A DNA stretch of 64,000 nucleotides from an uncultured virus (IMG/VR IMGVR_UViG_3300028597_000015) (IMGVR_UViG_3300028597_000015), one strand, 5' to 3'. Shown: positions 47,929 to 58,774, numbered from the stretch's first letter. Numbers and translations are program-made. The notes: generated from the letters alone by a model not told the origin.

Positions 47929-48773
47929 CCGACCTGGTGGCCGATGTGTACGAGATACACGCGATCCCGCGACCGGTCGTGGCGACCTGCCTGGTCGACC
48001 TGACCCCGGAACTGGCCTTGCAGTACCTGGAGCACAACACCCACAACCGCCCGCTGCGGTGGCGCAAGGTGGAGGAATACGCGGCCGAGATGACCGCCGG
48101 CCGTTGGCAGCTCAACGGCGACGCGATCCGGTTCGACTGGAACGGCGTGATGCTGGACGGCCAGACCCGGTGTCACGCGGTGATCGCGTCCGGGGTCACC
48201 GTCCGGCTGATCGTGATCCGGGGGCTGGACCCGGCCTCGCAGATCACCATGGACGTCGGCAAACGCCGGGCGCCGCACGAGCAACTGGCGGTCGCCGACA
48301 TCGCGGCCGACGTGCTGATCGCCGCCGCGATCCGGGTGCTGATCAACATCAACGAGAACCGGCTGTGGGAGAACCAGGACGTCTCCACCGGTGAGATCGT
48401 CGCCTGGGCGCAGGCGAACCGCGAACGGGTGGAACGCATGCAGGAGCTGTACTCGTGGTCCCTGCGGCGAATCAGGGTGCGCCCCGCCCTGTCCACCGCG
48501 ATGGCGGTGCGGCTGTCCGAGATCGATGCGGACGCGGCCGAGGAGTTCTTCGGCAGCCTGGCCAGCGGCGTCAACCTGGACGACATATCCCCGATCTACG
48601 CCCTGCGCGAGCGGTTCGCGCGGCTGCGGGAGGCCGGGATGCGACTGCACGACCGCGAGTACATCGGCCTGTACACGCTCGCCTGGAACGCCTGGCGCGC
48701 CGGCCGCTCCCTGACCAAAGTCCAGCGCCCCAAGGGTGGCTGGACACCCGAGAACTTCCCGGAGCCGACATGA
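47925..48773 (+). CDS. ParB N-terminal-like domain protein
   Basis: TPELALQYL..N..NR...M..GRW..NGD.I......LDGQTR..AVI...MDVGKRR. Confidence 0.8.
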   Translation: MTDLVADVYEIHAIPRPVVATCLVDLTPELALQYLEHNTHNRPLRWRKVEEYAAEMTAGRWQLNGDAIRFDWNGVMLDGQTRCHAVIASGVTVRLIVIRGLDPASQITMDVGKRRAPHEQLAVADIAADVLIAAAIRVLININENRLWENQDVSTGEIVAWAQANRERVERMQELYSWSLRRIRVRPALSTAMAVRLSEIDADAAEEFFGSLASGVNLDDISPIYALRERFARLREAGMRLHDREYIGLYTLAWNAWRAGRSLTKVQRPKGGWTPENFPEPT

Positions 48774-49075
48774 CCATGATCGATCAGACCGGACCCATCG
48801 ACGGAGTGCTGGACCAGATGCGCGCCGAATCGGCGACGGTGGTGGACGCCGCCCCCTCGCACGACCCGGTGAACCACCCGGCGCACTACACCGGCCACCC
48901 GTCCGGCATCGAGTGCATCCAGGTCACCGAGTGGATGGACTTCCTGCTCGGCAACGCCACCAAGTACATCTGGCGCAGCGTCCACCGACCCGACATCACC
49001 GACCAGATCATCGACCTGGAGAAGGCCCGGTGGTACCTGGAGCGCAAGATCAATCAGCTCCAGGCGACGCCGTGA
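48770..49075 (+). CDS. DUF3310-family protein
   Basis: DPVNHPAHY...IECI...GNATKYIWR...DLEKARWYL. Confidence 0.85.
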   Translation: MTMIDQTGPIDGVLDQMRAESATVVDAAPSHDPVNHPAHYTGHPSGIECIQVTEWMDFLLGNATKYIWRSVHRPDITDQIIDLEKARWYLERKINQLQATP

Positions 49076-49326
49076 CCCGGACGGTCGTCGATGACGACCC
49101 GGTCTGCGAGTTCAGCGACCTGCCCAGGTCGATGTGCGCGCACTGCAAGGGGATCGCCGCCGGCACCCCCCGGCACGACGCGGTGCTGGTGAAGGCGTGG
49201 TTCACGGCCCGGTTCCCGGGGCGGTGCGCCAACTGCAACGCGATGTACAACCAGGACGAGATCATCGGCGTGACCGACGATCCCGACCTGCCCGGCAAGT
49301 ACGTGTGCCGGGAGTGTGCGTTGTGA
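49072..49326 (+). CDS. Zn-binding hypothetical protein
   Basis: CAHC...ARFPGRCANC...CREC. Confidence 0.7.
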   Translation: MTRTVVDDDPVCEFSDLPRSMCAHCKGIAAGTPRHDAVLVKAWFTARFPGRCANCNAMYNQDEIIGVTDDPDLPGKYVCRECAL

Positions 49327-50081
49327 CGGCGGTGGTCCCGGAGATCTACCGGCCGAAGCTGATCAGCCAGGATCTGCTGTACGTGATCGGCGACGCGTCG
49401 CGGAACGCACCGCGCTCGGCGCAGCGGCTGATCGGCCCGTCGGAGATGGACATGGCCTGCGCCTGGCGGATGCTGCATGCGCTGGCCCAGGACAAGCCGG
49501 ACCCGACCACCCAGCCGGTGCCCTGGCAGGCCACCATCGGCACCGCCGTGCACGCCTGGCTGGCCGACGCGTTCGAACGCTCATCGCTGAACGCAGCGGT
49601 CGCCCAGCCCCGGTTCCTGATCGAGCAGCGGGTGACCGTCGGGTCGATCGGCGGGGTCCAGATCTCCGGGTCCTGCGACCTGTTCGACATCGACGCGGCG
49701 ATGGTCATCGACTGGAAGATCGTCGGGTCGACGCGGCTGGCGCTGTACCGGCGCAAGGGTCCGGGGCGCCAGTACCGGTCCCAGATCCACCTGTACGCGC
49801 GGGGTCTGGTCAACGCCGGGCATCACGTCCGGTACGTGATGATCGCGTTCCTGCCCCGCAACGAGCCACTGAGCAAGGCGTGGTTCTGGTCCGAGCCGTA
49901 CGACGAAAGTGTTGCCCTCGCCGCTCTCTCGCGGGCCGAGGGGTTCTACAACCTGATTCAGCAGGTCGGCCTGCCGGCCGCCCTGTCCATGTACCCGCCG
50001 TGTGCGGACACCTGGTGCCCCTGGTGTCCGGCCAAGCCGTCATCGGTCGCCGACCTGATGGCCGAGAGGAAATCGAAATGA
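49323..50081 (+). CDS. Cas4/RecB-like PD-(D/E)XK exonuclease
   Basis: IGPSE...C, IGTAVH, GSCDL...IDWK, QIHLYARG and C..CPWC. Confidence 0.88.
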   Translation: MTAVVPEIYRPKLISQDLLYVIGDASRNAPRSAQRLIGPSEMDMACAWRMLHALAQDKPDPTTQPVPWQATIGTAVHAWLADAFERSSLNAAVAQPRFLIEQRVTVGSIGGVQISGSCDLFDIDAAMVIDWKIVGSTRLALYRRKGPGRQYRSQIHLYARGLVNAGHHVRYVMIAFLPRNEPLSKAWFWSEPYDESVALAALSRAEGFYNLIQQVGLPAALSMYPPCADTWCPWCPAKPSSVADLMAERKSK

Positions 50082-50926
50082 CCCAGCCCCACGCCGCTCC
50101 CGCCGCGCCCCCGGCCCCCCGGCCCACCCTGAAGCAACTGATCGCCGAGAGCGGGGCCGGCGGGAAGTACTTCCCGTTCGCCCGGATCGGCGACTCCATC
50201 GAGGGCAAGGTGCTGGACGTCAAGATCATCCAGGCCCGGGACTTCCGGACCAAGGAACTCCAGACCTGGGCGTCCGGCGACCCGATGTACAACGTGGTGG
50301 CGACGGTGCAGGGCCTGCCCGACCCGACCGACCCGGAGCACGACGGCGCCTGGTCGGCATACATCAAGTGGTGGGGCACCCAGCGGATGGCGTTGCAGCA
50401 GGCGCTGTCCCAGGCCGGGGTGGACGACATTGTGGTCGGCGGCTGGCTGAAGGCCACCTACGTGGCCGACGGCCCGGCGCAGGCGGGGATGAACCCGCCG
50501 AAGCTGATCGAGTTCGTCTACCGGCCCCCGGCGCAGGCGGCGGGGCTGGCCGGGCTGCCGAGCGGACCGGCGGCGCCGGTCGCGCCGCCGACCTACGCCG
50601 CCCCGCCGGTGACCCCGCCGTACCCGCAGGGCTACAACGGGATTCCGGTGCAGGGTCAGCCCGGGCTGTTCCCGCCCGGCCAGTCGGGCACCTACGGCGC
50701 GGCGGTGGTGCCGCAGGCTCCGGCTCCGACCCCGCCCGCGCCGCCCGCGCCGCCCGCTGCGGCGGCCCCGGCCGCTCCGGCGCCGACCTCGGCCGACCTG
50801 ACCGCGCAGTTCGCGATGATCCGGCAGGGCCTGGCCTCGGGCATGACCCCGGCCCAGATCACGCTGATGATCCCCGGTGTCGACATGGCCACCGTGCAGG
50901 CCATCGCAGCGGCTCCGGTGCAGTGA
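50078..50926 (+). CDS. Single-stranded DNA-binding protein (phage type) with Pro/Ala-rich tail
   Basis: F..IGDSIEGKV...QARDF......W..GDP...GG.L...Y....P...G.NPPK; follows the exonuclease. Confidence 0.7.
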   Translation: MTQPHAAPAAPPAPRPTLKQLIAESGAGGKYFPFARIGDSIEGKVLDVKIIQARDFRTKELQTWASGDPMYNVVATVQGLPDPTDPEHDGAWSAYIKWWGTQRMALQQALSQAGVDDIVVGGWLKATYVADGPAQAGMNPPKLIEFVYRPPAQAAGLAGLPSGPAAPVAPPTYAAPPVTPPYPQGYNGIPVQGQPGLFPPGQSGTYGAAVVPQAPAPTPPAPPAPPAAAAPAAPAPTSADLTAQFAMIRQGLASGMTPAQITLMIPGVDMATVQAIAAAPVQ

Positions 50927-51014
50927 TGGGGACCCGGGTGGCGGTGCGCCCGACGCACCGCCACGGCGGGTGGGACTGCCGTCTGCGCACCGCCTACCGC
51001 CGGTGGTGGTCCTG

Positions 51015-52091
51015 ATGGACCCGTTCATCAACGCCGAGACGGCGCCCGCGTTCGGCGCCATCGAATCGATCATGTCCGGGGCCTGGGACCGGTACCTCAT
51101 CCGGATCGACACCGCCGTCCGGGAGCGGATGCGGACCACCGCCTGGACCCAGCACGTCGTCTCCGGTTCCGGGGCCGGGCCGGACGCGGGGCGGACCCGG
51201 GCATGAGGACCGATCGAAGTCTGTTCTCGGCCCTGGCGCTGATCGCGGTCGGGCTGATCGGCATCGCCATCGTGCTGTTGCTGTCGTCCTGCGGGGCCTC
51301 GGCCGTCAAGGACCGGCCGGACTCGGCCGGCGGGAAGAACCCGGACGTGACCGCCGCCGCGACCAAGGTGACGGTCTACCTGAACGCGGACTCGGTGCCC
51401 AACGTGGCGCTGTTCTGCATCGGTGACATGCGGTTCGCGTCCACCCTGTCCGGCGGGGACTCGGGCAAGGACAAGTCCTCCGCCCTGCTCCGGCTGCCCG
51501 AGCAGGACGCGGTCTGCGGGGCGGCGCGATGACCGCCGACGTCGACACCACCCTGGCCCACGAGTTCATGGTCACCCGGCGCACGGTGGACGATCCCACC
51601 GCGTTCGACGCGGTGTTGCACGATGAGGTCCGGCTCTGGCACCGCAACGTGCGCCGACGGCTGTCCCTGGAGCCGGTGGAGCCGGCGACGGTGACCCTGT
51701 CCGCCGTCGACACGCCGACCTGGGACGGCCGGACGATCCTGGTCCGGGTGGCCATGTCGTTCCGGCCGGTGGCGACATGACCGCCGACCCGCTGTTCCCG
51801 ACCTCGGACGACCTGCCGAACTACGTGGTGGACATGTGGCCGTGCCTGCGGTGCGGGGGACTGGCCTGGGACCGGGAGCGGCACCGGGCCTGGCATGCGT
51901 CGGTGGACACCGCCGAGACGGCCGACCTGTCCCGACCGGTGCAATACCGGGCCAAGCTGGCGTTCCTCCAGAAGCCCAACCCGGCCAACCTGCAACGGTT
52001 CTCGCCGGGGTCGGCGATCCACATCAGCCGGAACAAGGACGGGTCGCTGGCCGAGGAGATCCTGCCACCGGGTTCGGAGATCCCGCCATGA
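51015..52091 (+). CDS. Four small genes (51015-51206, 51203-51532 lipoprotein-like, 51529-51780, 51777-52091)
   Basis: ATGA-coupled chain; 51203 has a hydrophobic leader and LSSC lipobox. Confidence 0.6.
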
Positions 52092-52595
52092 GCCCGACAC
52101 CGGAGCGGGTCAACGCGGTGCTGCGGATGTTCGCCCCCCTGGTGATCGGCACCGCCCTGTTGCTGTGGGGCGCCGTGCAGTCGAACGGGGCGGTGATCGC
52201 GATCGGCGCCGGCCTGCTCGGCGCGCCCGGGTTGACCGGCACGTTGGCCGCCCACCAGACCACCGAGACGCCGAAGGGAGCCGAGAGCCATGGCGGTTCA
52301 ACCGGTTCACCCAGGACGTAGGACGGCGGCCGTGCTGCTCAGCCTGAGCTACCTGATCCTGGTGCTGATCGTCGGGTTCGGCGCGTACTGGGTGCAGTAC
52401 CAGTTCGACAAGGCCGAGCATCAGCGGTGCGAACTGCTGGTCGTCCAGGTCCGGCTGGCCGAGGTCCAGGTGATCCTGCTGCGGGAGGGCACCCCGCCCC
52501 CGGCCCCCGCCGTCCGGGCGCAGATCGAGGACCAGATCACCGCCATGAAGGACCGTTTCGCGCAGTCCTGCCCCGACACCGCACTACCGCAGTAG
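52088..52595 (+). CDS. Two small membrane proteins (52088-52321, 52290-52595)
   Basis: Two-TM protein, followed by a TM plus coiled-coil protein with two Cys. Confidence 0.6.
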
Positions 52596-52611
52596 GAAAG
52601 GGGCGAACGTG

Positions 52612-54924
52612 ATGGCCGATCCGATCCAGCCGCAGGCGCCGTTCGCCGATAGTGCGGACAGCTACTGGAAGGCGGGGTGGCACTGCATCATCCCGATCAC
52701 CGGGAAGTGGCCGCCCGAGAGCGGCTGGACCGGCAACGCCGGCCCCGACCCGTCGTACGCCGACGTCCGCAGTTGGATGGAGGGCAAACAGGGGGTCCGG
52801 AACATCGCGATCCGGATGCCCGAGGGCTACATCGGGATCGACGTCGACAACTACGGCGGTAAGCTCGGGGCGCAGACCTGGGCGCAGGCGGTGGAGCGTT
52901 GGGGGCCACCGCCAGCGACCTGGATCTCGACCTCCCGGTCCGACGGGATCTCCGGCATCCGGATCTACCGGGTGCCGCCGGGGCTGGCCTGGCCGGGGCA
53001 GGTCGGGCCGGGCATCGAGTGCATCGTGCACAGCCACCGGTACGCGATGGTCTGGCCGTCCCTCCATCCGGAGGGCCGGATGTACCGGTGGGTCCAGCCC
53101 GACGGTGCGGTCAGCCTGAATGGCATCCCGGACCCGACGCAGATCCCGTACCTCCCGCCGACCTGGGTCATCGGGCTGATGCGCGGGCAGCACAACCCGG
53201 ACGACAAGGCCGACGTCGACCAGGGGGTCGCGGCCGAGTGGATCGAGGCCACCAACGCCCCCGGCGCGGCTCCCTGCGGGCCGCTGGTCATCGAACGGAA
53301 CCGGACCCTGGCGACCATGGCCGGCGGCGGTTCCCGGCACGAGGCGGCCCGGGACGGCGTGCTGGCCATGGTCCGGTCGGCCGACCAGGGACACGTCGGG
53401 CTGGCCACCGCGCTGGACCAGACCCGGTCCGATTTCCTGGCCCGGGTGTCCGAGGACCGCAGCGGGGCGGCGTCCGAGTGGTCGCGGATCGTGCAGGGGG
53501 CGATCGCCATCGTCACGGCGAACCCCTCGGAGCGGCGGCGCGACCCGTGCCTGCCGCCGGTGGCCAACGTGATGCAGTTCCTGGCCCCGGTGATCGCGGC
53601 CACCGACGGCGCGGCGGCCCAGGTGATCTCCCTGGACCCGGACGCCAACGCCGGGGCACCGGTGGTGGACCTGGCGGCGCCGCTGGGACCACCCCGGGCG
53701 GTCTCCTGGCCCTTCGGTGACGCGCTGGAGCTGATGGAGTCCATCGCGGCCGACGGCCCGCCGGTCGAGCTGCGGCGGTCCGACGGGGTCGCGCTGTTCT
53801 ACGCCGGGCGCATCAACGGAATCATCGGACCGAGCGAGAGCGGGAAAACCTGGATCGTGCTGGAGGCGGTGCGGCAGGCATTGGCGGCGGGCCGGCGGGT
53901 GGTCTATTTCGATTTCGAGGACACCGTGCGGGGCATTGTCGATCGGCTCACCGCCATGGGTGTAGACATGGCCGAGCGACGGGGGTTCTTCCGGTATTCC
54001 GGGGGCGACGACGCGCCGACGGCGGACGGTCTGATCGGGCTGGCCGAGGAACTGACCGAGTATGCACCGCATTTGATTGTTCTCGACGGGGTGAATGCGG
54101 CGATGACCATCATGGGATTGGATCTGACCGATAACAAGGACGCCACCACATTCGCCCAGCGGGTATTGGACCCGATGGCCACGTCGGGGGCGGCGGTGGT
54201 CTACGTCGACCATGTGCCGAAGAACGGATTGATCGAATCAAAGGGCGGCATCGGTGCCCAGGCCAAGCGGGCGATGACCACCGGCACCGCCCTGCGGGTC
54301 GACGTCATCGACCAGTTCTCCCGGGGGCACGCCGGTTCGCTGTCGGTGTTTGTGGATAAGGATCGGAATGGATTCGTCCGGGAACGCAGCGGTGAAGGAA
54401 AGAATGTGGGCACCGCCTATATCGAGCCGGAGGACGGTGGCCGGCGGGTGGCCGTGCGAATTGTGTACGACCCGGAATGGGAGGCGCAACCGTCCACGGA
54501 CGACCGGATCAAGATCGACATCTGTGCCTATCTGACCGAGCAGGAGGGCCAGGGACCGGTCAGCGCGCGGGCCGTGGAGACGGCGGTCCAGGGTCGGGCG
54601 ACGGCCATCCGGGAGGCCCTGAGATGGCTCCAGCAGCACGCATTTGTGCGGGACGAGGCCGGTGGACGCGGTCGGACGCGTCTGATCCTGCTCAAACCCT
54701 ATCTGACCAGCGGATTGGGGATAACTCCAAGTGCGTCCATGGAAAAGGACGCACTTGGACGCACCGGACGCGGTCCCACTCCGTCAAGTGCGTCCCGTGG
54801 GGTACACCCCGTAGGGGTACCCCATGGACGCATTTCGGCGGACCCAGAAGTTGATCATGAAAAACAACTGACCCTCGGCGACCCCGAGGGCGGTGATCCC
54901 GATGACCACCCGGCCGACGAGTGA
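52612..54924 (+). CDS. Bifunctional primase-polymerase fused to an AAA/RecA-like helicase
   Basis: NIAIRMP...IGIDVD...WPSLHP (Prim-Pol), GPSESGKT Walker A, VYFDFED, LIVLDG and VDHVPK. Confidence 0.9.
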   Translation: MADPIQPQAPFADSADSYWKAGWHCIIPITGKWPPESGWTGNAGPDPSYADVRSWMEGKQGVRNIAIRMPEGYIGIDVDNYGGKLGAQTWAQAVERWGPPPATWISTSRSDGISGIRIYRVPPGLAWPGQVGPGIECIVHSHRYAMVWPSLHPEGRMYRWVQPDGAVSLNGIPDPTQIPYLPPTWVIGLMRGQHNPDDKADVDQGVAAEWIEATNAPGAAPCGPLVIERNRTLATMAGGGSRHEAARDGVLAMVRSADQGHVGLATALDQTRSDFLARVSEDRSGAASEWSRIVQGAIAIVTANPSERRRDPCLPPVANVMQFLAPVIAATDGAAAQVISLDPDANAGAPVVDLAAPLGPPRAVSWPFGDALELMESIAADGPPVELRRSDGVALFYAGRINGIIGPSESGKTWIVLEAVRQALAAGRRVVYFDFEDTVRGIVDRLTAMGVDMAERRGFFRYSGGDDAPTADGLIGLAEELTEYAPHLIVLDGVNAAMTIMGLDLTDNKDATTFAQRVLDPMATSGAAVVYVDHVPKNGLIESKGGIGAQAKRAMTTGTALRVDVIDQFSRGHAGSLSVFVDKDRNGFVRERSGEGKNVGTAYIEPEDGGRRVAVRIVYDPEWEAQPSTDDRIKIDICAYLTEQEGQGPVSARAVETAVQGRATAIREALRWLQQHAFVRDEAGGRGRTRLILLKPYLTSGLGITPSASMEKDALGRTGRGPTPSSASRGVHPVGVPHGRISADPEVDHEKQLTLGDPEGGDPDDHPADE

Positions 54925-55384
54925 CCGGCGGTGGACGCCGGCCATCGAGGCCCGGCTGATCGCGCTGGGCCTGCTGGACGCGGGCACCGGGGCGACCCGG
55001 CGGGCCAGGGCGGTGCGCTGTGGCAATTGCCGTCGACCGGTCATTCTTGGATTGGATGCCGATTTCGGTTCCTGTGTCGCCGAATGTGACCCGGGTCCGC
55101 TGAGTCCGTACGGCGAGGCGTTGGCCCGGTTGGCTCGGCGGTGCACCTACAGCTTCCGATTCCTCGGCGGTCGATATCAATTGGACATCCGGGATCAATT
55201 CATTATCGCCGGTGAAGGCAAACACCCACGCCGATTCGCCGACGTACTGGTCAACCACCAATGCGATTCCGATCTGTTCTTTCCAATCCAGCCCAGCCAG
55301 TTGCCGGATCAATTCGGCTCGCGGTGGGGCAAGTGGCGGGACAAGGGGCCGGATAATCCGGCACTTGACACGCCTCCATTCTAG
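54902..55384 (+). CDS. Zn-binding hypothetical protein
   Basis: CGNC...GLD...D..PLS..GEALA...VLVNHQC...PPF. Confidence 0.7.
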   Translation: MTTRPTSDRRWTPAIEARLIALGLLDAGTGATRRARAVRCGNCRRPVILGLDADFGSCVAECDPGPLSPYGEALARLARRCTYSFRFLGGRYQLDIRDQFIIAGEGKHPRRFADVLVNHQCDSDLFFPIQPSQLPDQFGSRWGKWRDKGPDNPALDTPPF

Positions 55385-55393
55385 GAGGAAGAT

Positions 55394-55789
55394 GTGCCTC
55401 GAACACGGAGTCGGGCTTCGGCCAAGGCTGCGGGCTCACGATTCGAAACGGGAATTGCCGTGTATTTGGCCGGCAATCTCGATGATCGAATCGAACGGCG
55501 AGTCCGTAATGGGTCGAAAGACCGGGGCGATATCGCCAATATCCGATTGATTCCCGCATTAGGTGGCCATCGAGTCACCGCCGAATGCAAGGACGTCGCG
55601 AAAGTTTCCCTCGGTTCCTGGTATTCCGAGGCGGAAATCGAACGCCTCAATGACGGTGCCCTGCTGACCATGGTCATCCACAAACGCGTGCGTACGACCG
55701 ACCCCGGAAAGCAATGGGTCACGATGACCGTCGATGACCTGATCGCCCTGCTGATCGGGCGGCGCCCGGCCCGACCCGAGGCGGCGTGA
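55394..55789 (+). CDS. Holliday junction resolvase (PD-(D/E)XK)
   Basis: KAAGSRFE...DRGDI...ECK...EAEIER.N...HKR. Confidence 0.85.
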   Translation: MPRTRSRASAKAAGSRFETGIAVYLAGNLDDRIERRVRNGSKDRGDIANIRLIPALGGHRVTAECKDVAKVSLGSWYSEAEIERLNDGALLTMVIHKRVRTTDPGKQWVTMTVDDLIALLIGRRPARPEAA

Positions 55790-56034
55790 TGGCCATCATG
55801 CTGCCGCCGGACGATCCACGGCACGGGCTCAACGGATACAACAACCTGGACTGCCGCTGTCCGATCTGCCGCGCGGCCAACACCGAGTACCAGCGTGATC
55901 TCCGGCGGCGCAAGGCGAACACCCTGCCGCTCGGCGATCCCCGGCACGGAACGCTCAGCGGTTACACGAACTACAGGTGCCGGTGCGGCCAGTGCCGCGC
56001 GGCGCGCCGGGCGTACCGGCCGGTGTCGGCATGA
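55786..56034 (+). CDS. Small protein with two HG..GY.N..CRC..C repeats
   Basis: DPRHGxxxGYxNxxCRCxxC, twice. Confidence 0.75.
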   Translation: MMAIMLPPDDPRHGLNGYNNLDCRCPICRAANTEYQRDLRRRKANTLPLGDPRHGTLSGYTNYRCRCGQCRAARRAYRPVSA

Positions 56035-57395
56035 CCGAGATCGAGACGTTCCCGCTGTTCGACCTGCCCGCCCCCGGTTTCCCGCGTATCGGCTCGCTGT
56101 TCTCCGGCACCGGCGCCCTGGACCTGGGCGTCCGGGCGGCGCTGGGCGGCGAGACCGCCTGGTTCTGCGACAACGCGCCCACCGCGCAGGCCATCCTGGA
56201 CCACCACTGGCCGCAGATCCCCAACCTGGGCGACATCGCGGCGGTGGACTGGGGCGAGGTCGAGCCGGTCGACGTGCTGATCGGCGGGTTCCCCTGCACC
56301 GACGTGAGCGCGGCGGGCCGGCGGACGGGGTTGATCCGGCACACCGGCCGGACCCGCAGTGGACTGTGGTTCCACATGGCCGAGGCGATCCAGACCCTGC
56401 GCCCGGGCCTGGTTGTCATCGAGAACGTGAAGGGATTGCTCAATGCGCCAACAGATTTCGACCCTGCGGTACTCGCGTGTCCGTCATGCGTGGACGCAAC
56501 CGGATCGCCGAGTCTCGGGTTGCGGGCACTCGGCGCCGTACTCGGGGACTTGGCCGACATCGGGTATGACGCGGCGTGGCGTGTGGTCGCCGCTGGCCCC
56601 AAGCCCGGGAGCATGGTCCCTGACGTGGGTAGCTGCCACCGACGGGAGCGCGTCTTCGCCGTTGCCTGGCCTGCCGACACCGACGGCGCGGGACTGGCGC
56701 AGTGGTGCGAGCAATCTGCACGGCCGGCGGACCGAGCACAACTGGGGGGTGCAGGGCCGACCGCTGAACGAGGTCGTGCTGACCCTGATGCCGTCCAGCG
56801 GCCCGGGCCGACCGCCCTCCTCCCGACCCCCGAGTCCAGCGACTCCACCGGTGGCCGGGTAGCCACCGAGCTGGGCGGCCGGCGCCCGTCCGGCACCAAG
56901 CGGGCGGTCACCCTGGCCACCGCCGTGGCCCACCTGCTGCCCACCCCCGATGCCAAGATCAGCGCGAGCGGTCCGGACTACGCCCGGATGGGTCGACCGC
57001 GCAGCGGCGGCCACGACCTGGTGACCGCGCTGGCCCTGGAGTACCCGCACGACGCGCCCGCCGTGGACTGGGGCAAGTACGCGGTGGCGGTCCACCGGTG
57101 GGAGGCGCTGACCCGCCCGGCCCCGCCCCCCACGGCGGTGGGACCGCGTGGTGCGTACCGGCTCTCGCCGCTGTTCGTGGAGTGGATGATGGGCCTGCCG
57201 CCGGGCTGGGTGACCGACGCCGAGCTACCGGCCGACCGGGGGCCGGTCCGCCGGCAGCAACTGAAGGCGCTGGGCGACGGCGTGGTGCCGCAGCAGGTGG
57301 CGCTGGCCGTGCGCGGCCTGCTCGCCGACGTGCGGTCGGCGCTGGAGATACCACCCCCGATTTCCCCTGTTCGGGCTAAGCGAAGGGCGTCGTGA
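56031..57395 (+). CDS. DNA cytosine-C5 methyltransferase
   Basis: SLFSGTG (I), GGFPCTD (IV), IENV (VI), HRRERVF (VIII), EWMMG and LKALGDGVV (X). Confidence 0.9.
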   Translation: MTEIETFPLFDLPAPGFPRIGSLFSGTGALDLGVRAALGGETAWFCDNAPTAQAILDHHWPQIPNLGDIAAVDWGEVEPVDVLIGGFPCTDVSAAGRRTGLIRHTGRTRSGLWFHMAEAIQTLRPGLVVIENVKGLLNAPTDFDPAVLACPSCVDATGSPSLGLRALGAVLGDLADIGYDAAWRVVAAGPKPGSMVPDVGSCHRRERVFAVAWPADTDGAGLAQWCEQSARPADRAQLGGAGPTAERGRADPDAVQRPGPTALLPTPESSDSTGGRVATELGGRRPSGTKRAVTLATAVAHLLPTPDAKISASGPDYARMGRPRSGGHDLVTALALEYPHDAPAVDWGKYAVAVHRWEALTRPAPPPTAVGPRGAYRLSPLFVEWMMGLPPGWVTDAELPADRGPVRRQQLKALGDGVVPQQVALAVRGLLADVRSALEIPPPISPVRAKRRAS

Positions 57396-57504
57396 TGGGT
57401 AGGATTCACACGGTTCGGTCGGACGGCGAGTCCCTGGGTTTCCCCGGGCGTGGAGTGGTGTCCCACTCGCTCGCCCGACCGAACCTCATCACGGGACCGG
57501 TCCG

Positions 57505-57902
57505 ATGACCGCCGTCCAGATCCCCAAGAGCCCGCCGGGCTACACCCGGTTCACCTACGCCGGTGCTCGCATCCGACGCGAGGACGCGGCCCGGGCGATC
57601 TCCCGGATGTGGGAGTGCGCCGGTGGCGACCCCGACCAGACGCGTGAGATCGCCCAGGCCCTGTTCGCCCCCCTGGAACCGCCCCCTCGCCCCGTCCGGC
57701 ACCGTCCGGGCCGTCAGCGGCCATCTGAGAGGCACGAATGACCACACCCAGCGAGGACGACTACCAGGCCCGGGTCGTGCTGATCGAGCTGATGTGCCGG
57801 GCCGATCCGGACGAGACGATCCCGCTGGAGATGATCGTGCGGATGGCCCGGACGATCCTGGACGCCGGCTTCCACCGGCCGGAGCCGGAGGGCGACGGAT
57901 GA
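57505..57902 (+). CDS. Two small hypothetical genes (57505-57741, 57738-57902)
   Basis: ATGA-coupled ORFs. Confidence 0.5.
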
Positions 57903-58774
57903 CCGAGTGCCCGGCCTGCGCCCGGCGCAGCGACGACGGCCTGGTCTGCGTGCGCTGCGCCCGGTTCGCGGTGAACGACCTGGCGGCCATCGCCGGCCTG
58001 TGGCCCGACCTGGAGATCACGATGACCCGGCAGGCCAAGGTCGGCGGGGACGACAGCGGTCGGCATGCCCGCTCGGCCGTCGTGCCGCTGCCGTTCCACG
58101 AGGCGGCGGCGACCGTGGTCGGCGACGTCCGGCTGACGCTGGTCGCCTGGATGGGCGCGTTCGACCTGGGCGACACGGTGTCCACCACCAACCCCGCCCC
58201 CATTTGCCGGTGGCTGGTCGAGCGGATGAACCGCTGGCGCGGGCACCCGGAGGGGTACCGGTTCACCGACGAGATCGGCGACTGCGCCCGGCGGGTGGTG
58301 CGGGTGGTGGACGCCCCGCCGGTGACCATCTACCTGGGTACCTGCGAGGAGATCGCCGACGTCAGCACCGACGACCGGGGGTACGACCACGAGACCCTGT
58401 GTGGGACCGAGATGTACGCCCGGCCCAGCGATCTGACCCACGAGTGCCGGGTCTGCCATGTCGTCTACGACGTGCCCGCCCGGCGGGCCGAGATCATCCA
58501 CCGGTCGATGGCCAGCGCCGCCACGGTGAACGTGTGCACCAAGCTGTTGGCGGCGTTCGGCCTGCCGGTGACGGCGGACACCGTCCAGAACTGGGCACGG
58601 CCCAGGCGCAAGCGCAATCCCGAGACGGGCGTGATGGAAACCATTGCCCCGGCCCGTCTTTCCAGCGTCGGGAAGAATCACCTGGGTCAGAAGCTGTACC
58701 ACATCGGCGACGTCGAGACGCTGGCCCGGGAGATGATGGAGATCCGGGAGACCAAGCGGCGCAAGGGTGCCTGA
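57899..58774 (+). CDS. Zn-finger plus C-terminal HTH protein (possible late regulator)
   Basis: CPAC..CVRC, LGTC...CG..MY...CRVC and TVQNWAR...LYHIGDV; last gene of the operon. Confidence 0.7.
   Translation: MTECPACARRSDDGLVCVRCARFAVNDLAAIAGLWPDLEITMTRQAKVGGDDSGRHARSAVVPLPFHEAAATVVGDVRLTLVAWMGAFDLGDTVSTTNPAPICRWLVERMNRWRGHPEGYRFTDEIGDCARRVVRVVDAPPVTIYLGTCEEIADVSTDDRGYDHETLCGTEMYARPSDLTHECRVCHVVYDVPARRAEIIHRSMASAATVNVCTKLLAAFGLPVTADTVQNWARPRRKRNPETGVMETIAPARLSSVGKNHLGQKLYHIGDVETLAREMMEIRETKRRKGA

Noticed and set aside
47925..48773. ParABS plasmid-prophage partition system
   Set aside because: No ParA ATPase is nearby and an integrase is present. Solo ParB-N proteins are common in phage replication regions.
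49323..50081. Cas4 as evidence of a CRISPR-Cas system
   Set aside because: It is a solo Cas4-like exonuclease beside an SSB in a replication module, with no other cas genes or array.
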